Source of the DNA: Rhizaria sp. SCN 62-66
Taxonomy: Eukaryota
DNA: 64,000 nucleotides
Assembly: GCA_001724265.1 (NCBI GenBank)
Contig: MEDY01000060.1
Coordinates: 1-64,000, forward strand
Direction of reading: 5' to 3'
Shown: positions 1 to 12,228 of the stretch, in pieces
Layout: every line of letters starts with the position of its first letter
Numbering within the stretch: the stretch's first letter is position 1
Notes under the pieces: generated by a model
What the model was told of the DNA's origin: nothing
The model's input: the letters and a program-made list of their open reading frames with translations, nothing else
Databases searched by the model: none
Made by a program: the position numbers and the translations under genes

Positions 1-503
1 GTCGTGTTTGTGCGCAAATGGTTAGCAATCTCACATTGTGGTTGCGCACTCTTCGACACCACCTGCCCCGTCCCTTCCGTTGGGGTTCTCAAAATATCAC
101 AAAGAGTCATTTCTGGAGTTTAAACAATGTAAATGTTGTGAGATATAAAAAATAACAGAAACGGCCAATAAGCACGCACAATTCTATAAAAACTAAAGGA
201 AGCGCGACTCAGCGATGAAAAAACGCCACAATTAGGCATGTACATTGTACATGTAATACCTGTACCGCAACTGTCGAGCAATATCTTCGGAGATTCAGCA
301 CATATGGAGGGAATGTTAAGGTTTATACACTGTACGTACATATCAGAGGTGGTCTCCGCCATAATGATCAGTTTCAAGTGTTTGATGTATTGTGATATGT
401 TGTATTGACTTGATAACCTCTTCCGAGTATGCTGAAATAAGCGTTTAAATATGCGTTGCCAGCGCAACAGCAAGCTGTGTCGACCGTCCCTTGCATCAAT
501 ATC

Positions 504-3053
504 TCACTTGGCGCGGTCAATCCGGTCCATCTCACGCGCCAACCACTGCGGACACAGAGGCACAACCTCCCATACACGATCCGGCAGCGGTGCCACAGTC
601 TCAGTCTCACCAGACCGCACAGTATCGCCCGCGCCGCCGGTGACGACGATCCGACCAAAGGGCGCCTCGACCTCGGCCATGCGCACCATCGCGAAGCCCA
701 CGTTGACAACTGCGGGGTTGGTCGCGGCCTCGGCGGACTGGGTGGCCTCGGCGGTCTCAGTCTCGGCCTCGGCTTCGGCGGCGGTCAGCAGGCGCACGCG
801 GGGCAACGAGAGCAGTTTGCCCACCTCTGCCGTCCGCGGCGCCGTTTTATCTGCGCCCATCTTCTCAGCAGCAGCTGCGTTGCCAGTCACTGTGCCGAAC
901 TCGGTCGTCATGAGCAGCCCCACACCCTCGGCCGGCGCGCCCGCGGTCACGGCGGCGAAACGCCCGGCCGCGGTTGTCCCGGCGCTCGCTGCGAGCGCCG
1001 CATCACCAGCAACGACTGCCACAGCGGGCGGAGTGTAGCCGGCGATTGTGTTCGCGTGCGGCGCCGCGTCAAACTGCGCGGTGAAAGCGGTCCACAGCGG
1101 TGACCCGGGCTCCAGCCCCAGCGACGCAGCCAGCGCCGCCGGCGACCGCGGCGGCTGCGACGACCGCGACGGCTGAGACTGCTGCGACGACGCCTGTGTG
1201 ACCATGTGCGCGGACTCGGAGGGCGACTCAGACTGAGCGGGCAGCGCAAAGGGCTCGAGGAAAGCCCATGGGAATAACGCGCTCTCGGCCTCGGTGCCCG
1301 GCGCGGTCTCAGCCTCGGCCTCGGCGGCCGCGACCAATGCAGCCGGCTCGTTCGCACGCAGACCGGGCAACGCCACGGCGGTCTCAGCGGCCGCAGCGGC
1401 CGTCGCGGCAGCGGTGTCGAGAGGGCGGAGGAAGACGGGCAGCACGCGCTTGCGCACGAGGCCCTGGAAGTGTGTGCGCGTGGTAAGCTCCTGGCCGAGG
1501 TAGCAACCCTTGTGGAAGTGCACGCCGTGCAGCAAATCCAGGTTGGCCTCGAGTGGGAGTGTTTTCTCCGCCGCCAGCTCGCGCCCGCTCTCAGGCAGGC
1601 CCAGCACGGTGCGCGCGACCTCGTACACGCTGCGGTGCACCGACACGAACGGCGGCGCCAGCGGCGGCGGCGCGGAAGCAGGGCCGACAACGCGCACCAG
1701 CGTCAGTTCGCCCGCCGGCAACAGCTCCTGCCGCGGCGACGGCGCATCTGCGTGCGACTGTGCGCGTGTCTGCACCTCGGTCTGCGCCGCAGCTGCGGCT
1801 GCCGCCGTGGCCGCGTCGGGAACGAACGTGAAAGACTGCAGCACTGCGCCGGGCCCCGCACTGGCGCCTGCGCCGCGCTGCCCCAGCCGCGGGTCGACGA
1901 ACACGCGGTATACGCGTTCACCCTCTTGTGCAGGCTCCGTAATATGCGAGGCAGGCGCGGCAGACTGACCGGCAGCGGCGGCATTCGCGGCGGCTTCTTC
2001 AGCGGCCTCCTCCGCCGCTTCGGCGGCTTCGTCCTGCTCAGCGAGCGCGCCGGCAAGGATGCCGCGCGCGACGGCGTCCTCGGCGGCCGTCTCGCGCACA
2101 GCCGCGGCCCATACGGCGAGCTCGCTGTCGACGGCGATGTCGGCGCGGATGCGGAGCGCCGAAGCGCGAATGTGGCGGGCCAGCTCTGCGGCGCGCGCGC
2201 GCGGGACGTGGACCAGCAGCGACGCGCCCTGCAGCGCGTTAGCCGCCTCCTGCGTGGGCTGCTTGTACCGCGAAGGCTGCTCGTGCTGCTGGCGGTGCGC
2301 CGCCGCGGCGTCGGCCATGTTGTCAGGAAACGTCTCGACCTCGATGACGGTATCGAAGAGGTAGCGGCCCTTGGGGGTGAGCCAGGCTGCGAAGCACGCG
2401 GCCGACGCGACCACACGCACGCCCGCGGCCGCCACGCCTTCGCGCGCAACCGAGGCCGCAGTGGCGTCATGCCCCGCGGCGGGCGAGGGCGCGCGCGTGA
2501 GGGCAGCCTGCTGCGCCTCCCAGGCCTCGGCGAGGAAAGCCGGCAGGTGCTGCGCCGTGAGCGAGTGGAGAACCTTGACGGCGTCGCGCCCGCGCACACG
2601 CACCACGGCCACGTCGTCGAGTCGCGTGAAGACGTGCGTCAGTGAACGCCACTGCGCCGGCGAGCGCGGCAGGAAATCCTGCTCCAGCGGCGCCGCCACG
2701 TCGCTCAGGGGGTCCACTTCGACCACATCCAGCGGGGCCTCTGCGCCCGCGGCGGCCAGAGCGTCCGCGCGGTGCAGAGCCTCAATGTCTGAGTCCATGC
2801 AGGCGCCGTCGTCGAGCGCGGGGTCAACGAATGCGGCTGCCGCAGGCCGGGTGCGCGCGGCGGAAGTCTGAGGGGGCCGACGAAGGTCCGAAGGTCCGCG
2901 GCCGCGCGCAGCCGCCGCAGAGAAGCATGCACGCGCAGCAGACAGAGTATACTGAGTTAACTGCTGTTGAATGCATAAGGACGAGCTCGTTGCGTGCGCA
3001 AACGACAAGAGCGGGCGTCCAAGGCGCCGAATTGTGTTGAAGGGGGCGCTCAT
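504..3053 (-). CDS. IBA57: IBA57/CAF17/YgfZ-family folate-binding Fe-S cluster assembly factor, probably mitochondrial, with many Ala-rich insertions
   Basis: Signature HFHKGCYLGQELTTRTHFQGLVRKR, plus VRGRDAVKVLHSL and WLTPKGRYLFD. N-terminus rich in Arg/Ser/Leu, like a presequence. First ATG at 3053 (the ORF track starts at a TTG). TGA stop. Confidence 0.9.
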   Translation of the reverse strand: MSAPFNTIRRLGRPLLSFAHATSSSLCIQQQLTQYTLSAARACFSAAAARGRGPSDLRRPPQTSAARTRPAAAAFVDPALDDGACMDSDIEALHRADALAAAGAEAPLDVVEVDPLSDVAAPLEQDFLPRSPAQWRSLTHVFTRLDDVAVVRVRGRDAVKVLHSLTAQHLPAFLAEAWEAQQAALTRAPSPAAGHDATAASVAREGVAAAGVRVVASAACFAAWLTPKGRYLFDTVIEVETFPDNMADAAAAHRQQHEQPSRYKQPTQEAANALQGASLLVHVPRARAAELARHIRASALRIRADIAVDSELAVWAAAVRETAAEDAVARGILAGALAEQDEAAEAAEEAAEEAAANAAAAGQSAAPASHITEPAQEGERVYRVFVDPRLGQRGAGASAGPGAVLQSFTFVPDAATAAAAAAAQTEVQTRAQSHADAPSPRQELLPAGELTLVRVVGPASAPPPLAPPFVSVHRSVYEVARTVLGLPESGRELAAEKTLPLEANLDLLHGVHFHKGCYLGQELTTRTHFQGLVRKRVLPVFLRPLDTAAATAAAAAETAVALPGLRANEPAALVAAAEAEAETAPGTEAESALFPWAFLEPFALPAQSESPSESAHMVTQASSQQSQPSRSSQPPRSPAALAASLGLEPGSPLWTAFTAQFDAAPHANTIAGYTPPAVAVVAGDAALAASAGTTAAGRFAAVTAGAPAEGVGLLMTTEFGTVTGNAAAAEKMGADKTAPRTAEVGKLLSLPRVRLLTAAEAEAETETAEATQSAEAATNPAVVNVGFAMVRMAEVEAPFGRIVVTGGAGDTVRSGETETVAPLPDRVWEVVPLCPQWLAREMDRIDRAK

Positions 3054-3390
3054 CCTCAAGCCGCAGTGCGCAAACTAGAGGTTTTCAGTAACTGTTTAAT
3101 GCGCGAGAAATTGAACGTAGATAACAAAACTAATATTATATTAGTATTTAAACCAGTTGATTACACAGCTTTTACAAATTAATATTATCTATAATTGCGT
3201 TTCTGGTGCAGATAACTCCATTTCACGATGACTCACTTCCGTTGAGTGTTCAGACTTGCCAGTTTCAGTCAAGTCACCTCAGCCCGTGCCTCTCATCATG
3301 GTATTGATTCAGGACTTTTAGGCGTGTTTGTGTATTAAATTTGTTATCAGTTCGATGTTACAATCGTTTTGCCTTTCCGCGGGCCCATAT

Positions 3391-5984
3391 TTACGCGCCC
3401 GGAGCCGTGAGCGCAGCGGCGCCGTGCAATGCCAACAACGCTTCCTTGCACTCTGCGACGCCCTTCTCGAGCGCATCGATGCTGGCGCGCCCCGTCGTGC
3501 GCGCGGCAACAAGCGCCATGGCGCGGCGCAACTGCTGCTCGAGCGCCTGCTGAGCCGCGGCGGCCTTCTTGCCGAGCGCGTCGTGCTGCGCGCGGGCTGC
3601 CTTCATCTGCTCGTTGCACTGCTGGTCCGTCAGCAGCCCGCCCAGCGCGGCCTGCTCCGCCTCCATGCTCACCTGTTGTGCACAGACAGAGACAGGGGCA
3701 CACAGCACAGTAGTCGACAGTGTCACCATCATGTAAAGAAAAACGCGCGGAGTGCAGATAACAAGGTGAGCGAGTGATAATATAGTTTGTTGACGTGTGC
3801 AATTCGTGTTGTCGCTTGCTCTTCGTATGCGATGTAAACGTAACATTTCGTGTGTAGATTCTAGACGTACCACGGCGGCCTCAGTCTTGGCGTTTTCTGC
3901 GGCGATCTTAGCGCCCGTCTCCTCGAGCCGCTGCAGCTCACCCGCGGCGCCGTCCCGCGCCGCGCGCGCCATGGCCATCTGCGCCTGTACCGTGGCCAGC
4001 CGCGCCTGCGCCTCCTCCCGCTGCGCCTGCGCCTCCTCCCGCTGCGCCTGTGCGGCCGCGAGCTACGCTGCCCGCTGCGCCTGCGCCGCATCGGCGCGGC
4101 TCTGCTGGCGCTTGCGCGCGGCCTCAGCCTTGCGGACCAGCGCCGCCGTCTCCCGCTCGAGCTTGGCGCGCTCTTGGCCCAGCGCAGCCGTCTCCGCCGC
4201 GGCCGCAGCCAGCGCCGCGCTGCGCAGTGAAAACAGTGTGGGTGTGCGTGTGTGTGTAAGAAAGAGAGAAATAAGAGAACAGTGAGTCAATCGAGTGATC
4301 TGTGTCATTAGCCAGTGAACGTTACGATAGCCTTGAGATAATTTGAGCGCTAGACATTGCTCTTTGACGGACCTGTGTTGCTGCGCGTTGGACTCAACCT
4401 GCGCTCGCACCTGAGCAATCTCATTCTCGACTGTCTCCACGGCCTTGCTGACCTGCTTGACCGCCTCCGCCGCGTTCTTTACAGCATCGGCGGCGTCCTT
4501 CACCGAGTCCCCACCGCGAATCGCCGCGGCGGCCTCCACAGTCTCAGCGTCGACGCGCGCGCGCTCAGCCCGCGCGGCCCGGGCCTTGTCGCGCATTACG
4601 GCGGCCTGCTGCGCCACCGCGCGCGCCGCCGCGGCTTCGGTCTCGCGCGCAGCCAGCGCCGCGCGCGCCGCCGCCAGCCCGGCTTCTGCGCCCCCCTGCC
4701 CCGCCTCGGCCTCCGTGCGCGCCGCCGTGGCCTCAGCCAGCGCCGCACGCTCCGCAGTCAGCGCCGCCGCCGCGCGGTCCGTCTCGGCCTTAGCCGCCGC
4801 GAACGCCGCGGCCTCGGTGGCCTCCTCCGCGGCCGCCGCGGCCAGTACCGCTGCGATGTATTGTTCCACAGTCTCAGTCTCGATTTTAGTCTCAGCGCCG
4901 GTCTCACTTTCGCCCGGTGTAATACTGGCATGTTTGCGGCCGCAGAGCGTGCGCAGGGTGGCGGCGTCGCGCTGCAGCGCCTCGAGTTGCTCCCGCGCGG
5001 CGACGCACTCGGCGTCGAGCGCGGCGGCCTCAGCCCGCAGCGTCTGGACCGTAGCCGCGGCGTCAGCGAGGGCTTCCTTGCGGCCCGCGGCGGCCGTGGC
5101 CAGCGCGGCGCCCTGGGCCGCCTCGGCCGCGGCCGCCACACCGCTCTGCGCCAGCGCGCGCTCGACCTCGCTCAGCCGCAACGCCGCAGCGACCTCGGCC
5201 TGCCGCGCTGCGTCAAGCTCGGCTTGCTTTGCTGTGCGCGCGGCGGCTGCGGCCGAGGCGCGCGCCGCCGCGGCTGTCCACGCGCGCGTCGCTGCCTGCG
5301 CAGAGCGCTCTAGTGCGGCCACATCAGCACTGCTGTCAGCGCTGCTATCAGGGCGACTGTCATTGCTGTCACTGCTGGCGGCGCTGCGGCTGCGGCAGCT
5401 GCTGCTGCTGCTGCTGCTGGCCTGGGCGGCGACGAGGCTCTTGACGGTGGCCTCGGTGGTGCTACGCGTGTCCTGGATCTCGCGCCCACAGGCGGCGCCC
5501 ACAGACTCGATGATCGTTGATGTCTGCTGCGCGCTCTGCACCACTTCTTGCGTCTCCTTGACGCGCTCCTCTGTGCACGCGCGAGAAATGGGGAAGTTGG
5601 TGAGTATTGTTGAAGGCTGAGGACAGTTTTTGTTTGTTTTGAGTTTGTATCGTGGAAATGTCGAAGCACGTACCGAGCTGGCCGATGATGGCGTTGCACT
5701 CCTGGAAGGCGGCGTGGACGGTCGCGGACGCATTCATGCTGCGCTCGCGCGACTGGCGCATGCGCTCCTGGAGGTCCGTCTCGTGGACCTGCTGCTCTGC
5801 GGACGCGCGCAGGACGTCCTCTGCGACGAGATGGTGAGAGGCGACAGTTCGGGGCAAAGGTTAGGTGGGTAACAAGAAATGTCAAGAGTGAGCGAGTGTG
5901 ACATCTGTTTGGAGGCACGGTGTGACCTTGGACTTGAAACCGTGTTGACGTACGCAGCATAGCATGGAGAGACTGAGAGCTCAT
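3391..5984 (-). CDS. Uncharacterised long coiled-coil protein. Five exons (5984-5954, 5820-5674, 5570-4373, 4219-3871, 3672-3391) with an in-frame TAG at 4065-4063
   Basis: Four GT..AG introns (three GTACGT donors, one GTCCGT) join the exons in phase. Continuous Ala/Glu/Gln/Arg heptad-like sequence. ORFs 4063..5733 and 3391..3978 are in the same frame, separated only by the TAG. TAA stop. Confidence 0.7.
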
Positions 5985-6860
5985 GTTTTTCTCGCTCGAG
6001 CTCGGCTTTTGTGTGGGGGCGATGCCGGGGTGGAAAGAGGGCGAATCAGTGTTGGTGAGGGAATGTTTGTTGGGGCATTTGCAGCGCAAGCGTTGAGGTG
6101 GGACGATTGGGACCGGCTTCACGATGGCGATTTAGGCGCTTATAGCAAGGCGGAATATGTTTTTGACGACGCGTCTTGCGGCAATTGGCTAAACAAGCTC
6201 ACCTCCGAGTGGCGGGGGCCTCGAAGCTCGTTCTCGCGTGGTGCAACTTGAAAAAAATTTCCAACCCTTGTTTTCGAAGATTCCTTGACGGATTAAGCAC
6301 TTATTTGGGAATAGCCATCCCATATAATACATTTCATGTTTTATCTCACCATCTATGCTATTAGTTTTTGTATTGGTGGTTTTTTCCCTTGTGATAATCG
6401 TACTTTTCAATGTTTCGCGTGCCGCGCGAGTTTTTCGGTCCACGCTGGCCCGACAAGCACGCGCGGTTGTTGAGCCCCTTTGACGAAGTAGACAGTTCAC
6501 CTGATTGGCGTCCGACAATCACGATTTACTCAACACTCCGGGAATTCAGCGATAATTTGTTGCCATTATTTTATATCCACACTGCGTCACACCGTGACCA
6601 TGCTCTTGCATGCAACATGCTTTTCCGACGCGTCGCCGACTTGCTCATTGCAAAGCGACGTGCCTCCCTCCGACCTCGTCTCACCGCCTACTCACTCACG
6701 TTTCTCCCCCCGAAATAACTCCAACCAGAGTTTTCACCGCGCCCGTGTGTTAAGAAGCTCTCTTTGTCCCCGCCCCATCTCCCAACTCCCCCACTGAGGC
6801 CTTCCGGCGTTTCTCTTGTCTGACGCGACCGTTCGTCGTCGGTCAATCACCTCTGTCCCA

Positions 6861-9800
6861 ATGTCTGTCGCGGCCCGCATGAAGATGTTTGCCGGCGGCT
6901 CCGAGTCCTCCGGACCCTCCGAGAAGGAACTTGTACGTCTCTTTGCTTTGTTCCTTGCCACATCTGTCCTATGACATAGATAACTGTTCTGCTGTCTCTC
7001 AATCATATGTTCTTGTCCCTCTCATTCGGCTCCAACGCTACCTCGATATCTTCTCGCTCGCATGGTGTTATTGCTTGATCTCACTCTATTTGCTCAATCT
7101 CATGCGTCTATCCGACTCTGACTCTGTGCTCGCATCCAAAACTCTCGTTTCGTCTCCCTTTCATCACTGCCCTCGTTGCACTTGCACTCTCTTCCCTTGC
7201 GCGTGCGTCCCCAACATCAACAACACCTCACCATCACAGGACATCGCGGAGAAGAATTACGCGCGTCGCGTCAAGGCGGTGCAGTGGGTCGACAAGGAGA
7301 TCCGCAAGCTGATCGCAGTGCTGCAGCGCACTGGCGGCAAGACGACCTTCGGCGCGCTCTTCGCCGTGACTCAGGACGACTTCGAGGCCATCTCGGGCAC
7401 ACTCGTCGCCGCCAAGAAACGCGGCGTGGTTGAGTACGAAGGCCAGCTCCTTATGCAGGGCATGCACGATGGCGTCGCCATTTCGGTACTGCGCGCCGAA
7501 ATCGAAGACTCTGTCGTCCCCGACAAGGCTGAGTTCATGAAGCAGGCCTTCGCGCCCGCCGCCGCCGGCTCCGGCTTCCAGAAGGTCGACCTCACCAACA
7601 ACGTCTGCGCCGTGTGTAGCAAGACGGTCTACGCCAACGAGCGTCTCGGCGCTGTCGGCAAGGTTTTCCACGCGGCGTGCTTCACCTGCGTCACATGCCG
7701 CAAACGCCTCACTCTGTCTGCGTTCTGCTGCGTCAACGGACTCGTGTATTGCCCGCCCCACTACCAGCAGATGTTTGCCGCCACGGGCGGCAAGTATGAC
7801 GACGCCGCCTCGCCCAAGCCCGCCGCTGGCACGCCGTCAACGCCCTCGTCTCCCATGCCCCCCGCAGCGCCTAAGCCCGCGGTCGCTCCACTGGCCAAGC
7901 CCCCCGCACCTGTTGCACCCGCGCCTGCGGCCAAGCCCGCGCCCGTCGCGCCCGCGGTGCCGGAGCCGTCGCCGGCCGAGGAGGCTGCGGCGGTCGAGGC
8001 CGAGCGCGGGCGCCTGCTTGCCGAGGCCGAGGCCGCGGCGCGGAAGGCGGCTGAGCTGGAGGCCGAGCAACGCCGCGTTGCGGCCGCGGCGGCCGAGGCC
8101 GAGGCCAAGGCCGCCGCCGAGCGCGCGGCCGCTGAGAAGCGCCGCGCCGCTGAGGAGCAGGAGCGCAAGGCTGAGGAGGCGCGCGCGGCGGCGGCGGCCG
8201 AGACGGCGCGCAAGGAGGCCGAGGCACAGCGCGCGCGGCTGGAGCGCGAGGCGGCCGAGATTGCACGGCTCAAGCAAGAGCAGGAAGCTAAGGAGCGGAG
8301 GGCCGCCGAAGAGGCCGCCGCGCGCGAGAAGGCTGCGGCCGAGCGCGCTGCCAAGGCTAAGGCCAAGGCCGAGGCCGAGGCTGCCGAGGCTGCGCGCAAG
8401 GAGCAAGAGCTGGCCGCGCGCGAGGCCGAGCTGCGGCGGAAGGAGGAAGAGCAGAAGCGCAAGGAAGGGGAGCGCCAGCGCGAGGCCGAGGCCGCGGCCG
8501 CCGCGCGCGCCAAGGCCGAGGCCGAGCTGGCGGCGCGTCGTGCCGCCGAAGAAGAGGCCGCGCGCAAGGCCGCTGAGGAGGCCGCGGCCAAGGAGCGCGC
8601 CGTGCGGGAAGAGCGCGAGCGCGAGGAGCGTGCGCGGCTGCAGCGCGAGCAGGCTGAGCTTGCGGCGCGGCGCGCGGCCGAGGAGAAGCGGCGCGCCGAG
8701 GAGCAGCGCCGCCGCGATGAAGAGGAGGCTGCGCGCAAGGCCGAGGAGGAGAAGCGCCGCGAGGAGGAGCAGCGCGCGCGCGCGGAGGAGAAGCGCCGCC
8801 GCCAGGAAGCCGCCGCTGCTGCCGCCGCCGAGGCCGCGCGCGTCAAGGCCGAGGAAGCCGCGGCGGCCGCCGCCGCTGCGGCTGCGAAGAAGGCCGCCGA
8901 CGAGGCCGCTGCCGCTGCTGCCAATGCGGCGAGGAAGGCTGCGCACGAGGCCGCGGCCACCGAGAAAGCTGCGGCCGAGAAGGCCGCCGCTGAGGCCGCC
9001 AAGAAGGCCGCCGAGCTGGCCGCGGAGCAGGAGCGTCTGGCCGCCGAGCGCGCGCGTCTGGCCGCCGAGGCCGAGGCGCGCGAGCAGGCCGTCCGCGAGG
9101 CTGCCGAGGCCGCGGCCGCCGCGGACCGCGCGCGCGCTGAGCGCGAGGCTGCCGAGGCCGCCGCCAAGGCCGCCGCGCGCGCCAAGGCCGCGGCCGAGGC
9201 TGCCGAGGCGGACAAACGCCAGCGCGAGCTCGACGCCGAGGCCAACGCGCTCATGGCGCGGCTCGAAGCGATGGAGCGCGCCAAGGCCGCCGCCGAGAAC
9301 GAAGCCCGCGCACAGGCCGCGCGCGCCGCCGAGCTGGAGCGCAAGCGCAAGGCCGAGGAAGAGGCGGCCCGCTCCGCCGCCTCCGCGGCCACCGCGCGCG
9401 AGGAGAGCGACCGTGCGGCCCGCGAGCGCGCTGATAAGGAGGCGCGTGCGGAGAAAGAGGCGCTTGAGAAGGAGCGCCAGGACCTCGCGGCGCGCACCAA
9501 GGCCGAGGCCGCGGCGCGCGCGGAGGCCGCTGCGAAGCTCGCCAAGGAGGAGGCCGAGGAGCGCGCGCGGCGCGAGCGCGAGGACGCCGCCGCGCGCGCC
9601 AAGGCCGAGGACGAGCGCCGTGCTCTGGCGGCGCGCGAGTCGCAGCTGGCTGCGGAGCGGCGTGCGGCCGAGGAGCGCGCCGCCAAGGAAGAGGCGCAGC
9701 GCGCGGCCCAAGCGGCGCAGCGCGCGCGCGACGATGCTGAGCGCGCCGCCAAGGACGCCCGCGCGCGCGAGCAAGCTGAGGCGGAGCGCAAGCGCCAGAC

Positions 9801-11376
9801 CGACATGGTGCAGCAGCAGAAGCAGGAGCTGGACGCCGCGTCTGCGCTGGCGGCGCGTTTTCGCACCGCAGCCGCAATGCTCCCGCCGCGCGGCTCCGTC
9901 CTGCCGCCCGGTTCGGCCTCGGCCGCGCTGTTCAAGGCGCAGGCGCAGGCGCGCGGCCCCAACGTGGGCGCGAGTGCCGCCGCCGCCGCGGCCAAGAGCG
10001 CGGGCCCGCCCGTGGCGTCGCTGCCCGTGGCCGACTCGCGGCCCAAGTGGAAGATCGAACAGGAGGCCCGCGAGCAGGCGCGCCGCGACGCCGAGGCGCA
10101 GGATGCAGAGGCCCGCGCGCGCCGCGCACAGCTCGTCAACGGCCCGTCGTCGCCGACCGCGGCCGACGCCGCCGCCGCCGCCGCGTCCGCCGGGGCCGCG
10201 GGTCGTCCGCAGCCGCCGCGCATGCCGCCGCCCGTCAGCGGCGCCGGCGCTGGTGGCGCGCGCATGCCGCCCCCGTCTGCGGCACCTGCTGGCGCGAGTC
10301 CGCCCAAGTTTCGCTGGAACCCGGTCTCGACTGCGGCGGCGCAGAGTGCCAAGGCGGCCGGCGGCGGCGAGGATGAGGAGGACGAGGAGCCGTCGGCGTC
10401 GCTGCTGTCTGCGCTGTCGGACCTGCCGCCGGAGATGTACTCGCTTTCGATCGACATCGGCATGCTGGGCAAGGCGTACCGGTTGTTGGCGCTGGCAATC
10501 CGGCATCTGATGCGCAACGGTACGTATGAGACGGATATCTTCCGTCATTGCATTAACCAGAAGGAGACGGACTTGGTGGTGGCTGTGCTCGAGTCGGGCG
10601 TCAACGCCGAGAGCGTCGACCTCAACCAGTACTCGGTCAACTCGGTCGCCTCTGCGCTCAAGCGCGTGCTTAAGCAGCGCGAGCCGCTCGTCACGCCGCG
10701 TCTGTACTCGATGCTTATCGAGACGCAGCAGCGCCGCCTCAGCCGCACCGCGACTGCGGGCGCTGCCGCGGCCGCCGCGGACGGACAGGGCCGCTTCCTG
10801 GAGATCGCGGCCGCCATCTCTGAGCTTCCCGAGAACAACAAAAAGGTGCTGTGCATGCTGTTCGACATGATCGTGCAGGTTGGCCACAACGTCGCGCAGA
10901 CGCAGATGTCGCCCGAGCAGCTGGGCTACACGTTCGCGCCCATCGTGATGCAGCCGACCAAGATGAGCGAGAACTTGCAGCGCGTGGCGCAGGAGCAACA
11001 GGCCGTGAACAAGCTCGTCGCGGACATGATCCAGAACCACGACGCGATCTGGGACAATGTCATCCTCGAGTCGAAGCTCTCGCTCGCGCGCGCGCCCGCG
11101 AGTGGCGTGTTTGTGCCCTGCGCCGCGGTGACCAAGCAGAGTGACGTGAAGCGCGCCGACAAGGGCGACGTCACCGAGTGCTCCATGTGCTCCAAGGCCT
11201 TCAGCATCATCCGCTGGAAGACGGCCTGCGTCGGCTGCGGACAGATCTTCTGTTCCAACTGCTGCAGTCACAAGGCCCCTGAGGCTGTCAGCGGCAAGGT
11301 CTCGCGCGCTGAGCAGTTCATCGGCAAGGGCCTCCTCTGCTCGCCCTGCAACAAAAACCTCAACGGCAGCGCGTAA
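6861..11376 (+). CDS. Multidomain cytoskeletal regulator: Costars domain, LIM domain, long charged helical region, RhoGAP and FYVE-like zinc finger. Exons 6861-6932 and 7240-11376, about 1,400 aa
   Basis: Costars: VDKEIRKLI..FGALF..FEAISGTLVAAKKRGVVEYEGQLLMQGMHD. LIM: CAVC..FHAACFTCVTC..YCPPHY. RhoGAP: DIFR..VASALKRVLKQREPL..LPENNKKVL..MSPEQLGYTFAP. C-terminal CSMC..CVGCGQIFCSNC..CSPC. Phase-0 GTACGT..CAG intron at 6933-7239. Confidence 0.85.
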
Positions 11377-12228
11377 GCAGCTACGAGGGTTCTTCTCATG
11401 ATCGGTACAGGTGTCGCAGTATGTTGTGAATCAAGGGATTCTAGCGAGAGAACCGAGATGTAACGAGGAGGTGCACGGAACTGCTCACAAACACGTCACT
11501 GTCGTCGTGTTTATGTAGAACGTGATGCGTGTCCTTTCTCGAAGCATATCGTGTTCTATTGTTTCTCCTTTGTTTGAACTTTTCAACACTTTTCATCGCT
11601 GCTTTGTGGCAGATCGGAACATTCACACTTGATGGTGCAATTTCTTTCATTCCTTATATCACTCATTGTAACGCACTAAACTCTCTTGTGCAAGTCCGTT
11701 CATCCTATCGTTTTTATTCCGCCTATCTTTCGTTTCTTTTATTTCCGTGTATTTTAATATTCTTTTTGTATGAATCACTTTCTGCCGTAGCATGGCCACC
11801 ATGGCATGCACGGTGCGTGTTTTGCGTTTCTCTTTCAAATCAAAACAACGTTACACATTCAAGCTGCTTTTCCCAAGACGACATCCAAATGCAAACATGT
11901 CTAATATATCTTCTAAAATTCCGAATGTTATGCCCACAAGCACTGCCTGGCTTGGGAGGCGGCTGATGGAATTTTTTTCGATCTCTCGAATACAGTCAAA
12001 TTGCATTTTAACGAATAAGTATTGAATTATTTAAACACAAAAAACTGAGTTTATATGTTGCTTTTTTATTTCAATCACGGAATGTAATTGACAACATTTC
12101 AAGTCTCTGGTTAACTTGACCTCAGGTGCATTATGAAAATGTCGGCAGATACAACCGGCTTAAACAGTAGGCCAGAGCGACAAACTCAGTTGTCTAGTTT
12201 TTTCTTTTTCAAGTTCGTTCGTTCGCCA

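Noticed and set aside
3075-3077. In-frame TAGs upstream of IBA57 (3077-3075) and at 14029-14031
   Set aside because: Both lie at the edge of AT-rich or pyrimidine-rich sequence and look like splice acceptors or UTR. They were not counted as sense codons.
7761-11271. Long antisense ORFs (918 aa and 1,144 aa), and similar shadow ORFs opposite IFT81, the hydratase and other genes
   Set aside because: Expected by-products of very GC-rich, Ala/Glu/Arg-biased coding sequence on the other strand. They show no motifs of their own.
11441-12025. Short ORFs in AT-rich intergenic regions (also 120-473, 37287-37915 and 55636-55919)
   Set aside because: Their composition differs from the real genes and they carry no motifs. 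They are likely UTR or intergenic sequence.
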